This document shows positions 34,545 to 46,460 of a stretch of DNA of 64,000 bases, one piece after another. Positions within the stretch are counted from its first letter, which is position 1; every line of letters begins with the position of its first letter. Made by a program: the position numbers and the translations under genes. A model generated the notes under the pieces. That model worked only from the letters and a program-made list of their open reading frames with translations, did not search any database and was not told the origin of the DNA. The stretch is from Mustelus asterias (Eukaryota), in the NCBI RefSeq assembly GCF_964213995.1, contig NC_135823.1, positions 930,001-994,000 on the forward strand, read 5' to 3'.

Positions 34545-35240
34545 GTTCATTCATGGGACATGGGGATCGTGCATTAGGCCAACAGCTTCTGAGCATCCCC
34601 AGTTACCTTTGAGAAGGTGGTGGTGACCTGCCTTGGGTGAAGCGTTGCAGTCCACATGCTGTGTGTCGACCCAGAATGCCAGTTCGGTGGAAATTCCAGG
34701 ATTTTGACCCAGCGACTGTGAAGGAACGGCGAAATATTTACAAGTCAGGATAGTGAGTGACTTGGAGGACAGCCTGCACGTGGTTGTGTTCCCATGTATC
34801 TGTTGTCCTTCTCCTTGCTGTATAATTGGTTGTGTGTTTGAAAGGTGCTGTCTCAGGATCTTTGGCGAATTGTTACTGTGCATCTTGTAGATAGTACACC
34901 TGCTGCTTCTGAGCGTCGAGGGAGTGAATGCGGTGCCAATCAAGCAGGCTGATTTTTCCTGGATGGTGTCAACCTTTTTGCTTGCTGTTGGAGCTGCACC
35001 CAACCAGGAAAGTAGGGAGCATTCCATCACACTTCTGACTTGTGCCTTGTTCATGGAGGACAGGTTTGAGGAGTCAGGACGTGAGTTAATCGGCGGAGGA
35101 TTCCCAGCCTCCGACGTGATGTTGCAGGCTCTCTGTTTAGATGGCGAGTCCAGATGTGTTTCCGGTCAATGGTGAACCCCAAGGATTTTGCCGATGGGGG
35201 AATTCAATGATGGTAACACAATTGAATGTCAAGGGTCGCT
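34545..35240 (-). mobile_element. CR1/L2-group LINE 3' fragment in gene B C-TM intron
   Basis: KAQVRSVMECSLLSWLGAAPT..DTIQEKSACLIG C-terminal RT-flank motif. Confidence 0.65.
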
Positions 35241-35327
35241 GTTTAGCTTGCCTGCGTTCAGTTTCCCATCCCAGAAACGCAGAATGATTTGACCCAGCAG
35301 CAGTTTCTAAATGTTTTCTCTGTGTAG

Positions 35328-35440
35328 GATGGTGCAATCTAGAATATTCCATTGTAAGAATTGTCCTGCTGATTCGGTTTCTCGTCATGGTCCTTCTTTC
35401 CATTTGGATTTGGAACAGCGGCAGATCAGATGAGGAATAA
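35328..35440 (+). pseudogene. Gene B TM exon GWCNLEYSIVRIVLLIRFLVMVLLSIWIWNSGRS(DEE*)
   Basis: Acceptor ttttctctgtgtag|, phase 1 matching the C1 donor; Cys then a hydrophobic span with two Arg; possible mutated donor CAG|ATGAGG at 35429/35430. Not in the ORF track. Confidence 0.7.
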
Positions 35441-35775
35441 AGTTCAGGAGGTATAATGTCATTATTGTTCAATCAATGTGAATTTCCTCGTGGCTTTTTA
35501 TTGCTGATCACAGTGTGTTGGGCCAGGAGAGCGAGCTACGGGAGCCCGCAATGAAAAGTGAATAATTGACCAATTTTCAAAATTCATCACGGAATCTCTC
35601 TCTCTGTATTTAGTACTGTGTTCAACCCAGATCGAAACCATCACTGATTCCAATGGTATATGTCGAAGTATTGCAGATTTTAAAATTTCGCCTTCGTTTC
35701 TCAACTGTTTCAGGCAACTGGGCCAGGATTTGCTGGAAGTAACACTTGTTTAATACTTTTTATTTCCTCATCCAG

Positions 35776-35828
35776 TTTTAGCTTGAGAGAAACGGCACAC
35801 AGACGGGGGCGGAAATATGGACAATCGG
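35776..35828 (+). pseudogene. Candidate gene B cytoplasmic exon (phase 1 to 0) xLA*EKRHTDGGGNMDNR
   Basis: Acceptor ttttatttcctcatccag| and strong donor CGG|GTAAGT, 53 nt, ~350 bp after the TM exon; contains a stop. Confidence 0.3.
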
Positions 35829-36127
35829 GTAAGTTGCATTGAAGTGTTCGGTCTTCAATATCACTGAGTAGAAATGTCATAGAATCTTTACAGTGCAGAA
35901 ACATGTCATTCAGCCCATCGAAACTGTACCAACAATAATCCCACCCACTCCTCGCCCCCGTAACCACACAGACGCTATTTCCAAATAAATGGAAAGGGAA
36001 CACAAGATGGTGCAGCACAGATCAATACTTTGTAAATATTTGAATATTGTGCAGAAAATTGCTGGTGTTTGGTATGTGGTGCTACATGTCTCATGCTTGG
36101 GGCGTCCCACGGCGTCCCATGCCGCAG

Positions 36128-36421
36128 CGGCAGGGTCGCCCAGTGGTTAGCACTGTTGCCTCACAGCGCCAGGGACACGGGTTTAATTCTTGGCTCAGGT
36201 CAGTCTCTGTGCGAATTCTGTGCGTCCTCCCCTTGACTATGTGAGTTTCCACCGGGTGCTCCGGTTTCATCCCACAGTCCAAACAACGTGCCGGTTAGGT
36301 GCGTTGACCATCCTAAATTCTCCCTCTGGGCATCCGAACCGGCGGCAGAGTGTGACAACCAGGGGATTTTCAAAGTAACTTCATTTTCGTGTTAATTTGA
36401 GCCGACCTGTCACGAATAAAG
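36128..36421 (+). mobile_element. HE1-type tRNA SINE
   Basis: Same consensus. Confidence 0.72.
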
Positions 36422-36499
36422 CTTTTGCTGGCTATTTCACGCGGCTCTCAGAGAGCAACTCGTTGTCTGAAGCATCTAAATGTGATTCAAATACACATT

Positions 36500-37465
36500 T
36501 CTGTGTCTTTCTGTGTCGGTGTAGGTGTGAGATTTTGTTTCTATGTGTTTGTGAGAGAAAGAGGGAGAGAGATTCCCCATTTCTCTGTGGTGTCACATGG
36601 TGTGTGTGTGTAAGAGAAAGAGAAACTCTCTGTCTGCGTATCTCTTTCTACGTGTTGTTGCGAGGTTGTGTGCGTGTGTGAGATTATCTCTCTGTGTACC
36701 TCTCTATATCTATCCATGTGAGATTGTGTATGAGTGTGCGTGATTCTCTTGTCTGTTTATACCTCTGTATGTGTTGGCATGAGATTATGTATGTGTGTGT
36801 TTGTGTGTGTGATTCTCTGTCCTTTTATCTCTCTGCATGAGTCGATGTGATATTGCGTATGTCTGTATGTGTGTGAGAGAGATTCTCTATGTTTCTCTGC
36901 ATCTGTCAGTGTGAGACTGTGGTGTGTGTGTGTGTGTGTGTGTGATTCTCTGTCTGTGTGTAGCTCTGCTTGTGTCGATGTGAGATTGTGTATGTGTGTA
37001 CGTGAGAGAGGGCGATTCTCTGTATCTCTTTGGATGCTTAGGCATGAGATTGTGTATGTGTGTGTTTGTGTGTATGTGCGTATGTGTGTGTGTGTGCGTT
37101 TGTGCGTGTGGTGTGTGTATCTGGGTGTGTGTCTGAGGGAGTGGAAGAGACTGTGGGAGAAATAAATTGTGGGCGGTATTGTTCGGTCGCGCTGAAAACC
37201 AGAGATTCCTGCCGGAATCAATGGACCTTTCTCACATCCCGCCCGCTTGAATTCCAGTGGCGGGCGGGATGAGAAAATTGCGGCCTGTGTATTTGCGGGA
37301 GACCGTGCATGAATGAACTTTTGCATAACTGCCTGTGTATCTTTGTTTGAGACTTTGTGAGTGCTTATATGCATGGGGCTGCGTATGTGCTTGTGTGTTT
37401 GCATGAGTATGTGCGTCTCAGTCTGTGTAGGTGTGAGCGAGAATTTTGCTGTGCGTGTGTGTCAA
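36500..37465. repeat. Degenerate (TG)n / gtgagatt low-complexity tract with an embedded small palindromic element at ~37170-37285
   Basis: TG-rich runs; 12-bp perfect inverted repeat catcccgcccgc 37235-37246 / 37260-37271. Confidence 0.85.
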
Positions 37466-37949
37466 TGTTCTCTCCAGTGTTCTGGTCGATAATTCATCCA
37501 TCAACAGACATCTAGAAATATAACAAATTAGCTGGGTCATTATTTAATTGTTCCTTATGGGGTCATACTGTGTGCAAAGTTACTGCCGGATTTACGACGT
37601 TAAATTCGGGGAACATAATGTCAACAAGTTGCTGTCAAAGATTAAGGGTTTAAGCGGCTCATGAAAGACACAACGTAATTGCACAGTGGCTGGTGTTTGA
37701 CATTCATTGTTTGGTTTGATATTTGACGTTTTAATGATATAAAATGACCTCAATATGTGTGTAAAGCGCTGTAATCTACGAGGCGACGGATTGGGTGCTA
37801 GACAGTGGGATTAAAATAGACAGCGAGCTTTCTGGCCGGCAGAAACATGACGGGGGAATGGCCTCGTTATATGCCCATTCTGTCCTTTTGTGGTGCCACG
37901 ACATTTGTTTGTTTGTAACTGGTTGTGAGCGATTTGCCGAAAAGATCGA

Positions 37950-38272
37950 TGGTGGCACCGTGGTAAGCACTGCTGCATCACCGTGCAAGGGACTCGAGTT
38001 CGATTCCTTGGGTGGAGCCTATGTGGAGTTTCCACAATCGCACCATGTCTGCGTGGGTTTCCACCGGATGCTCGGGCTTCGTCCCACTGTACAAAGACGT
38101 GTAGGTGAGATAGTCCTTCGTCTCCCAAGATGTGGAAATAGATTAGCCTTTGTATAATTGTGGGGTTACGGGAATAGGATGGGGGAGAATGCCTGGATAA
38201 AATACTCTGTCACAGAGTCGGTGCGGATTCGTTGGGCTGAATGGCCTCAATCTGCACTGTATGGATTCTATG
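37950..38272 (+). mobile_element. HE1-type SINE with CR1-like tail (paralogue 63530-63812)
   Basis: SINE head plus tail gggctgaatggcctc..gattctatga. Confidence 0.7.
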
Positions 38273-41200
38273 ATACCTGAAGGGGCTTGATAGGATAGAT
38301 GCTGAGAGGCGGGTCAGGGAATCTTGAACAGAACCTATGGGGAAGCAAGGTAATCGGATTGAATGTTTAATAGTAATCGAGCTTCTGAATAGCTATCAAG
38401 TCGCTTGTTCTACACTGTCACTACGTTATTTCAATCAATTCCCACCAATAGGGGCTCGATCGCTATGGATGTTCATGGCTGAGACAGACAGATTCTTAAT
38501 CAGTAAGGGAATCAAGAGTTATGCAAATAAGGCGGGACAATAGAGTTGACAATTGTCACATCGGAACAGCCGTGAACTCATTGAATGGTGGAGCAGACTC
38601 GATGGGCACAATGGCCTAATTCTGCTCCTGCGTCTTATGGTCTTGGGATAGCACGGTCTCTCTCTTCCATGGACACATTCAGCCACGAATTCTGAAATTG
38701 TGGTCGAGGTCAAAAGAAGCGGATTGAACAGACAGTTCCAAAAAGGAATCTGATAAGTACGTGTTGGAAAGAGCATTGCTGACGACGATGGGGAAATTTA
38801 AAGTGAATCTTGGACTTAATGAGAGGCAATGGCCTATCATTATCGCTATACTAATAGTCCCTACCCAGCTGATGATCTGGTGACACGTGTTCGACTTTCG
38901 TCATGGCAGATGTTGGAATTTGAATTAAATAAATAATATTTGGAATTAAGAATGTGTTGATGACAATGAAACCATTGTCGATTGTCAGGGGAAAGAATCA
39001 TCTTGTTCAGTGATACCCTTTAGGGAAGGTAATCTGCTGTCCATATCTTGTCTGGCATGCATTTGACTCCAGAGCCACAACAATGTTATTGACGCTCAAC
39101 TGCCCGCTGAACAAGGACAACTGGGGGTGGGCAATAAATGCTGGCCAGGCCGTGACCCCCATGTCTCACGAAGGAATAAAAAACGACAGCTCTTTCAAAA
39201 TCCAACGTGGATTCAGTGGGCTGAATCGTCTCCTTCTAAGCCGTATCATTCTATGATTATATGTAATGCGTTTGAGATTTGGGATAATCTTAAATATTTA
39301 TGGGCCGAAGGCCTCCTTCTGCACTATAGAGAATCAATTGCTCCATATGATGATTCTATGATTTGTGAATGTTTCAGAGTGGACCTCGCTACGCATCCCT
39401 GGATTTGGCCCTTTTGGAAAAGAGATCGAAAAAGAAGTCGGGTCGAAAATGAGAATCCGAATGGTGAATTATGGAGAAGGCAGGATTTCCCGAAAATCCC
39501 ACAGCCTCACAGAAATAACAAGGAGCCCAGGAGACTCCCTTCAAACAGCTAACCTTTCCATGCGCATTCGCCAAGGATCGGCTACAGTGTTCACTATAAA
39601 TGATAGAGTTTGGGATATTCCACTGGAACAGCATTCAGCAACTGTGGAAGAAGTATTGAGCAGAGCTAAGAAACTTTCCTGAGTTTCTCTGAAAATGTTC
39701 TGATGAATGTACAGCTCAAATTGTTCACAGGGACTGTTCTTCTTTGCAAATGTCGACGCGTGAATATCAATTAATTATTCTCTCTTCATAACGGTGATTT
39801 GTATTGACCTTGACCAACAACAAACTGATAAGTAAATGTCATCTTTATGATGCTGCGATTTCTGTTGAGCTGGCAATATCAGATTTTTAGATATGTGTGT
39901 GATGTCCAATGTCTGAACATGCGGTTTTAAGAACACAGGGCAACACGATCCAGTTCGACAGTTATACCAATCAGAAGATGCATTGAATAGCCGGTCTTCT
40001 ATCCTCTGGGAAATACAAGGCTAAAGGTGGGGGAGGGGGAGACAGTGTAAATGTTAAAATTATGAAAAAATTCCTCAGGGTAGACGCATACAGTTTGTTG
40101 CCATTTGCATGGAGTGAACAGAAAGAGATACCAGGAGTGTAAGATAATCACTACTAAAGATAACAGATAATTCACAAGGAACGTCTTCAATCAGTGGGTG
40201 GGGATTATATGGAAGTAGTTCCAACAGTGAGCCGATCAGAAGAGATGCATTTGATTGGGAAATGGATAAACTCAGGAAGGAGAAATTAATAAAATACTGG
40301 GTTCATGGTGGGGTTGGGGCGGTGGTGTTGGGGCGGTGGTGGGAGGACGGTGGTGGGGATTGGCGGAGGTTATGTAGATGTGGGAGGAAGTTCGTGTGAA
40401 ACATAGCGACCAACCCGGAGTAGCTGGCCCACAGCCTACTCATCAAGAGGTGGAATTATGATTGAAATAAGGCTCAAAGAGATAACGAGAAACGCGATAG
40501 ATGAAATTTTTACGAAACTATTTTCATCATTTTGAATCTTTGTTTATTTGGTACGTGTTTACTTCAATCCAAAGACAGTGCAGTGTCAGGTATTAATTCA
40601 ATGCAACATTCTGGTATTCCCTGTGCCCATTCGAATTCCACAAACAGTCATGTTGCTTAATTCAGCACGATTGCCTTTTCTCCACAGGTTGGTTCAGTCT
40701 TAACGCGTGTTTAGCATGAGCGAGAAGATGTTTCCCGTTGCAGACTGAGTTACGCACGGGCTCTTAAAATATAAACAGGAAATGCTGAGCCACAATTCAC
40801 ACCGCTCTGAAGTTTCCAGTGCGCCACTTTTAACGGCAGCCCGGAGTGTATACAAAACAGGCATTTTCACCATGTCTTCCAAACCCCTGAGTTACCGCAG
40901 CCCACACCCTGGGCGTGTTGCATCTCTTTGCAGAACTGCGTCTTCATTACTCCTTCAGAGTACCGAATTTGCAGTGTTAGAACGACTGTGATAGTAAGTC
41001 AAGTCGAAGATTTATCCAATACCAACTCTCTATAATAAGAATTTCATGGTGAAAGAATGCATCGTTTGCAGCTGATCAGAAGCGAGAACAGGAACATTCA
41101 CCAATATATCCACTGGGACATTCTTGTCGTCCACGCTGAGAATAATTCCACGGCCGTCATTTAAAAAAATAATGTGTCTGTTTAAAATCTCAGCTTCTTT

Positions 41201-42009
41201 TGTTTCTATTTACAAGTAGCCATAATCAGTTTTGAAAATGTCAGCCACATGCAGGGCGGCAAGTTGGAAAAACTTCATGCCTTAAATGCAGGCCATGAGG
41301 AGAGAGGCGTGGTGCCCACCCTATGCACAGGGACTGACCAATGTCCAGTGTGTGTACAGGGTCCCTCAGACGCATTCACTTGAGTGACAAATGTTAATGA
41401 TTATTTGAAGATGAACACTTGCAAATAGCAGCACGGCAGATGGACAATTTTAAATTAGATTAATTAACGCAATTCGAAGTAAAATCTTGTTTACTCCAGG
41501 CGACCATGACCAATATGATCAATCACCGATCCTTTTCTGGAAGATAATCACCCGTCTTTATCTGGTATGGCCTATCTATGACGCCAGCAAATCCTTCATT
41601 TCCAGAGTGGGCAACGAAATCTAGAAATGCAATCCATGCCAGGTCATATGAAATTTAAACGTTGCGATTTCTGGCCAGCATAACCGAGTCCGGAAAAGTA
41701 GTCCTACATTTCAGTCCGTGACCATAAGGAAATCTCAGAATGTTAGAGTCTGGTCGCAAACATTGGAGAGCAGGGGCATATTCAGCACCTCGAGCTTATT
41801 CTCTCTTCCAGTCACGAAATGGCTGATCTGTATTTTCACTTCAGCTAGCTGGCTCGGTTTAGTCATTTGTACTGTCCTCCACAACAAAAAACAGATTTGA
41901 ATTTTCAATTTCCATCACCAATCGGTCTCAACAGAAGAAGTTCTATGTTTGTGAGCAAATAAAGTGTGTAACCTTTCCCTTGCTATCTTGCTAAGTATCT
42001 CAAAGAATA

Positions 42010-42300
42010 TTTATTAGTCACAAGTACGATTTCATTCACACTGAAATGAAACTACTGTCAAGTTCACTGGCCACCAAACCCTGGTGCCTGTTTGGGTACA
42101 CTGAGGGAAAATATAGCTTGGCCAATTCACCTAATCTTCACATTTTAGGACTGTGGGAGGGAACCGGAGCACCCGGAGGGGATCAACACAGACATGAGGA
42201 GAACGTGCAAACTCCACACAGGCACTGACCCAAGCCGGGAACCGAACCTGGTCCATGGCGCTGTGAGACAGCAGTTTAACCACAGTGTCACCTGCCACCC
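42010..42300 (-). mobile_element. HE1-type tRNA SINE, copy-specific insertion
   Basis: Same consensus; absent from the paralogous site ~58545. Confidence 0.75.
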
Positions 42301-42999
42301 AGAGCCCAAGCGGATTAACGTCATGAGGTCTATGTTATTGAGATAACACATCTGGCTCTGGATTGAGTAATGCTTCAGTCAATACAACCGAAATTTTCTT
42401 TTCCTTGTTTTTCAAGACGCTGGTGCCAAGCTTGCAATATGATTTTGCTCACAGGTGGCGCTTTATTCCTTCAGCGTAAGTGTCTCCAGCCAACCCATGC
42501 ATCAGCATTGTAATGTGTTTTTCATTCACAAGTCGTAAACACAAATAATTTTAATTTGGCATTAGAAGCACTGAGCGGCACTTAACGGGGGAGTTAGGGA
42601 TTGCCCCGAACTGATTTTGTGTTTTCAACATCATAAAATCCGAGGAATGGCTGAAGCTGCTGCAGTTCTTGTGAAAGAAACTGCTTCAGATATTCGAAAC
42701 GAAATATCTGAAAGTGGAAATGTAATTTAACAGTACATGATTAAGCGTTATTTTTCCTGACGTGGTTTAAACTCACACAATAAGAATTTAATATGCTACG
42801 TTCTCTGATCTGGAGCTGGTAAATTGAAAAGCGGATTTTCAAAACATCATTTTACTCAATGCTGACCGACAAAACTGATGTCATTGTCTGGAGGAAAATG
42901 AGAGAATTGCAGGCAAATGTGTCTAAAGCCACTGGTAGGGAAACTAGGCAAAAACAAAAAATCTCGGCGACAGATTCAATCTCCACTGGGGGATGTAAA

Positions 43000-44010
43000 G
43001 ATTAATCAAAGATAGTCAGCAGGGTTTTTCAAAAGGGAAATCAAGCCACACAATTTCGACTGATTTTTTTCGAGGAGGTGACTAGGTGTGCGGATGCGTG
43101 CAGTGCAGTTAGTGTAGTCTACATGGACTTCCGTCAGAATTTTGAGTAAGTCGCATTTGGGAGACTGATGTAGAGGGTAAAAGCCCATGGGGTCAAATGA
43201 TTTTTTTCAACTGGCTTAGTGGCAGGAGGCAGAGGGCGATGGCTGAATGTTGTTTTTGTGACTGGAAGCCTGCATCTAGTGTTGTTTCGCAGGGGTCCGC
43301 GCTGGATCCCTTTTTGTTTGCAGTGTATATTAATGATCTGGACGTGGATGTAGATGGTATGATAAGTAAGCTCGCAGATGACACAAAAATTGATGGTGCG
43401 TCAATAGTAAGGAGGATTAGAGGATCACCTATTTTAGAGGATGATATAGATGGGTTGCTCAGATGGGCAGAACAGTGGCAAATGCAATTTCACTGTGAAA
43501 GTTGTGAGGTGATATATTTTGGCAGCATCAACAAGGCATGGTAATAAACAATAAACGTAAGATTCTAGAAAGTACGGGGGACCAGAGGGGCCTTGGGGTG
43601 CATGTCCATAGATCTGTGAAGACTGCAGGATAGGTAGATAAGGTAGCTGAGAAAGCAACTGTGAGACTTGCGTTTATCAAACGAGGCATTGAATATAATG
43701 GCAGTGATGTTATGATGGAGCTGTATAAAATTGATGCTGAGGGCATAGCTGCAGTACTGTGTGCAGTTTTGGTCGCCACATTATAGGAAGGTAACTGGTT
43801 GCACTACGGAAGGTGCAGAGGGATATTGCCTGATTTGGATCGTTTCAGATATGAAGAGGGACCGGATTGGCAAGGGTTGTTTTCCTTGGAGCAAAAGAAG
43901 GCTGACGGAGCACCTGATTGAGATGTAGAAAATTATGAACGGCATAGATCGGGTGGATAGGAAAGAGATTTCTCCTTGAGCAATGGGCTCAGTAACCAGG
44001 GGGCATACAT
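43000..44010 (+). mobile_element. CR1 LINE fragment including RT motifs (paralogue 59270-60520)
   Basis: NWLSGRRQR..SQGSALDPFLFAVYINDLD..KLADDTKI. Confidence 0.85.
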
Positions 44011-44347
44011 TTATATGAACTCCAGCCATCGACCCAAACTACTGACTCTCCCCAGATAGGATAAAGCTTGCCTGCCAGAAATCAGTCTGTCGAAACCTTA
44101 CCTCGAAGGCAAATGCAGCTCTCCTCGGGAAAAGAGGACTACACGGCATTCATTCTTCTTGACATAATCTCAATTCTCTGTATGTTTGCAGTCAGCATTC
44201 CTTACACCAACCACCGCAACAAATCCCAACAATGAAATTGCTTTTCAAATTGCTTGGGGTATCTTCTGGTAAACATTGTGTAGGCCTTGCACAAGAACAT
44301 CCAAACTATCTGAATCATAAAAATAGAATCCCTGCAGTGCAGAAAGA

Positions 44348-44618
44348 ACAGTAAAAGTTTTAACAACACCGGGTTAAAGTCCAACAGGTTTATTTGGTAG
44401 CAAATACCATTAGCTTTCGGACCGCTGCTCCTTCGTTAGATGGAGTGGAAATCAGCTCTCAAACAGGGCACAGAGACACAAAGTCAAGTTACAGAATACT
44501 GATTAGAATGCAAACCTCTGCAGCCAAACCGTTCTTAAAGATACAGACAATGTGAGTGGAGGGAGCATTAAGCACAGGTTAAAGATATGTCTATTGTCTC
44601 CAGACAGGACAGCCAGCA
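44348..44618 (-). mobile_element. Penelope-like element terminal fragment with degenerate hammerhead motif
   Basis: Minus strand ccat-ctaacga-aggagcagcggtcc-gaaa-gcta-atgg..aataaacctgttggactttaacccggtgttg resembles recalled vertebrate Penelope ends; it is inserted into a SINE tail. Confidence 0.55.
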
Positions 44619-45941
44619 TAAAGAAGCCATTCGGCCCATCGAGCTGCAACTCCTGGCCCGATTCAGGTATTTGACCTGTTCATGTCCCTGGCAATGAGGG
44701 AAAATTGAGCATGGCCAATTAGCTTAACCTGCACATATTTAAACTGTGGGAGAAAACAGGGACACCCGCGGGAAACCCACGCAGACACGGGAGCAACGTG
44801 CAAATTCCACACAGACAGCCAGCCAAGCCCTGGCGCTGTGTGGCAGTAGTGCTAACCACTGCGCCACAGTACCACCCAAAGCGGAATACCGGAATGTCCA
44901 AATCCTTCAAACTTTAATAATATCCTGCTTTTTAGATGTTTCCACTCGAGTGGATAGTTTCGCATTTTTGAAAATAATACTCCAACTGCCACTTACTTAA
45001 TCAATTAGTTAGGGTTAGAATTATAATGGAAATCGAGACAGGTAAACACAACCATGCATCAACAGGTGTGATCATAACCTGTCGTAGTGCATAGTGTGAG
45101 TAAATACTCGACCAAAATGAACGTAGTAGAAAGAGCCAATATAGCTCATTTAAAGTGGAAACCTGTCTGATTAATAGAATTGAAAATCTTAACGAGTTCG
45201 TGAAACAGATAGATGGTAGAGTCTCTTTGAAAGCGCAGTGGCATAATGGTTAGCATTCGGATTAGAAACCGGAGCGGCTGCTCCGGTTGACCCCTACAGT
45301 CCAAAGGTTTGCTTCTGAGGCTGCTTCGCCATCGTAAAGTGCCCCTTAGTGACAGGGGGATTCGGAAGGTAAATATGTGGTTTTGCAGGAATGGGGCCTG
45401 GGTGAGGTTGTTATCGGTGCAAGCTTGATGGGCCGAATGGCCTCCATTGGCAATGGTGACTCAATGATTAAATGCATGGTTTTCCCACTAGATGATCAGT
45501 AACGTACAACAGAAACGATTATTGTCAAACTCAGCGCTGCATGCAATTAGAACTTTCAGATTGTGGCTGGAAATTGATTGAAAGTTTGGGGACAGAGAGT
45601 GTGGACAAAATGATTACCGAGTTGTGACGAGTGCTCTCCACCAGTGTCGTTTGAGATGTCTTTGCCATTTTTAACAATAATTACGATTAAAAAAATTGTA
45701 CATCTGTGTTTGATATAATTGCGTCAGGAGCGAACGTCAACACGTGGAGAATGGGATCCGTCATTTCCAAGCAGATTCATATCCGTTGTGAAGTATTTAT
45801 CGGGGCCAGCGGGACGGTGGGGGAGGGGAGGGGGGGGGGGGCTGATGTTGGAAGAAACAAACTTTGCAGATTCAAATGTTCCCATGGTCCTGGGGGAGGT
45901 AGACAAGTTTCTGATAGTGGATAATCATGTCTGTCGACCGG

Positions 45942-46460
45942 TCATAGAAACATAGCAACAAATAAACTAGAAACAGGATTCGACCATTGGGCAATTCGAG
46001 ACTGCTCTGCCATTCGTTTTGTGCATCGCTGATCATCAAATTTAATATCCTGATTGCCCCGTCCTCCATATCCCTTTATCACTTGATCCCCACGAGCTTT
46101 ATCTGATTTCTTCTTGAAATCAGACAGCGTTTTGACCTCAACAAGATTCTGTGGTGATGAATTCCACACAGTCGTCACCCTCTGGGTGAAGAAATTTTTC
46201 CTCACCTCCGTTCGAAATGGTTTACCCCTTATCCTCAAACTATGACCCCCTACTTTTTCACTTCCCCATCATTGGCAAGATTTTTTCGAATCACCGCTAC
46301 CGAACCCTGTTAGAATTGTAGCAGTTTCTATGAGATCCCCTCGGAATCCTCTAAACTCCAGTGAATATAATCCCCACCGGTTTAGTCTCTCCTCATACGT
46401 CAGAACTGCGGTCCCAAAAATGAGACTGGTAAACCTTTGTACTTCTTCTATCCTAAGGTC
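45942..46460 (-). mobile_element. CR1 LINE 3' fragment
   Basis: YEERLNRWGLYSLEFRGFRGDLIET; RKNFFTQRVTTVWNSSP. Confidence 0.8.

Larger units (their letters stand above)
32620..35440 (+). pseudogene. Gene B: pseudogenised second VJ-C1-TM antigen-receptor-like chain, divergent from gene A
   Basis: V exon 32620-32952 (3 stops), 90-nt intron, C1 exon 33043-33370 (frameshift), TM exon 35328-35440; all phase 1 with canonical splice sites. Confidence 0.85.
39890..44010. repeat. Segmental duplication: direct repeat of ~56030-60245 (gene A 3' flank); first part also inverted at ~3470-4945
   Basis: Continuous by-eye alignment of unique sequence (40021.. vs 56181.., 41400.. vs 57920.., 42420.. vs 58680..) and a shared CR1 fragment. 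Confidence 0.85.

Noticed and set aside
36757-37404. 215-aa His/Thr-rich ORF
   Set aside because: Translation of a (CA)n low-complexity tract.
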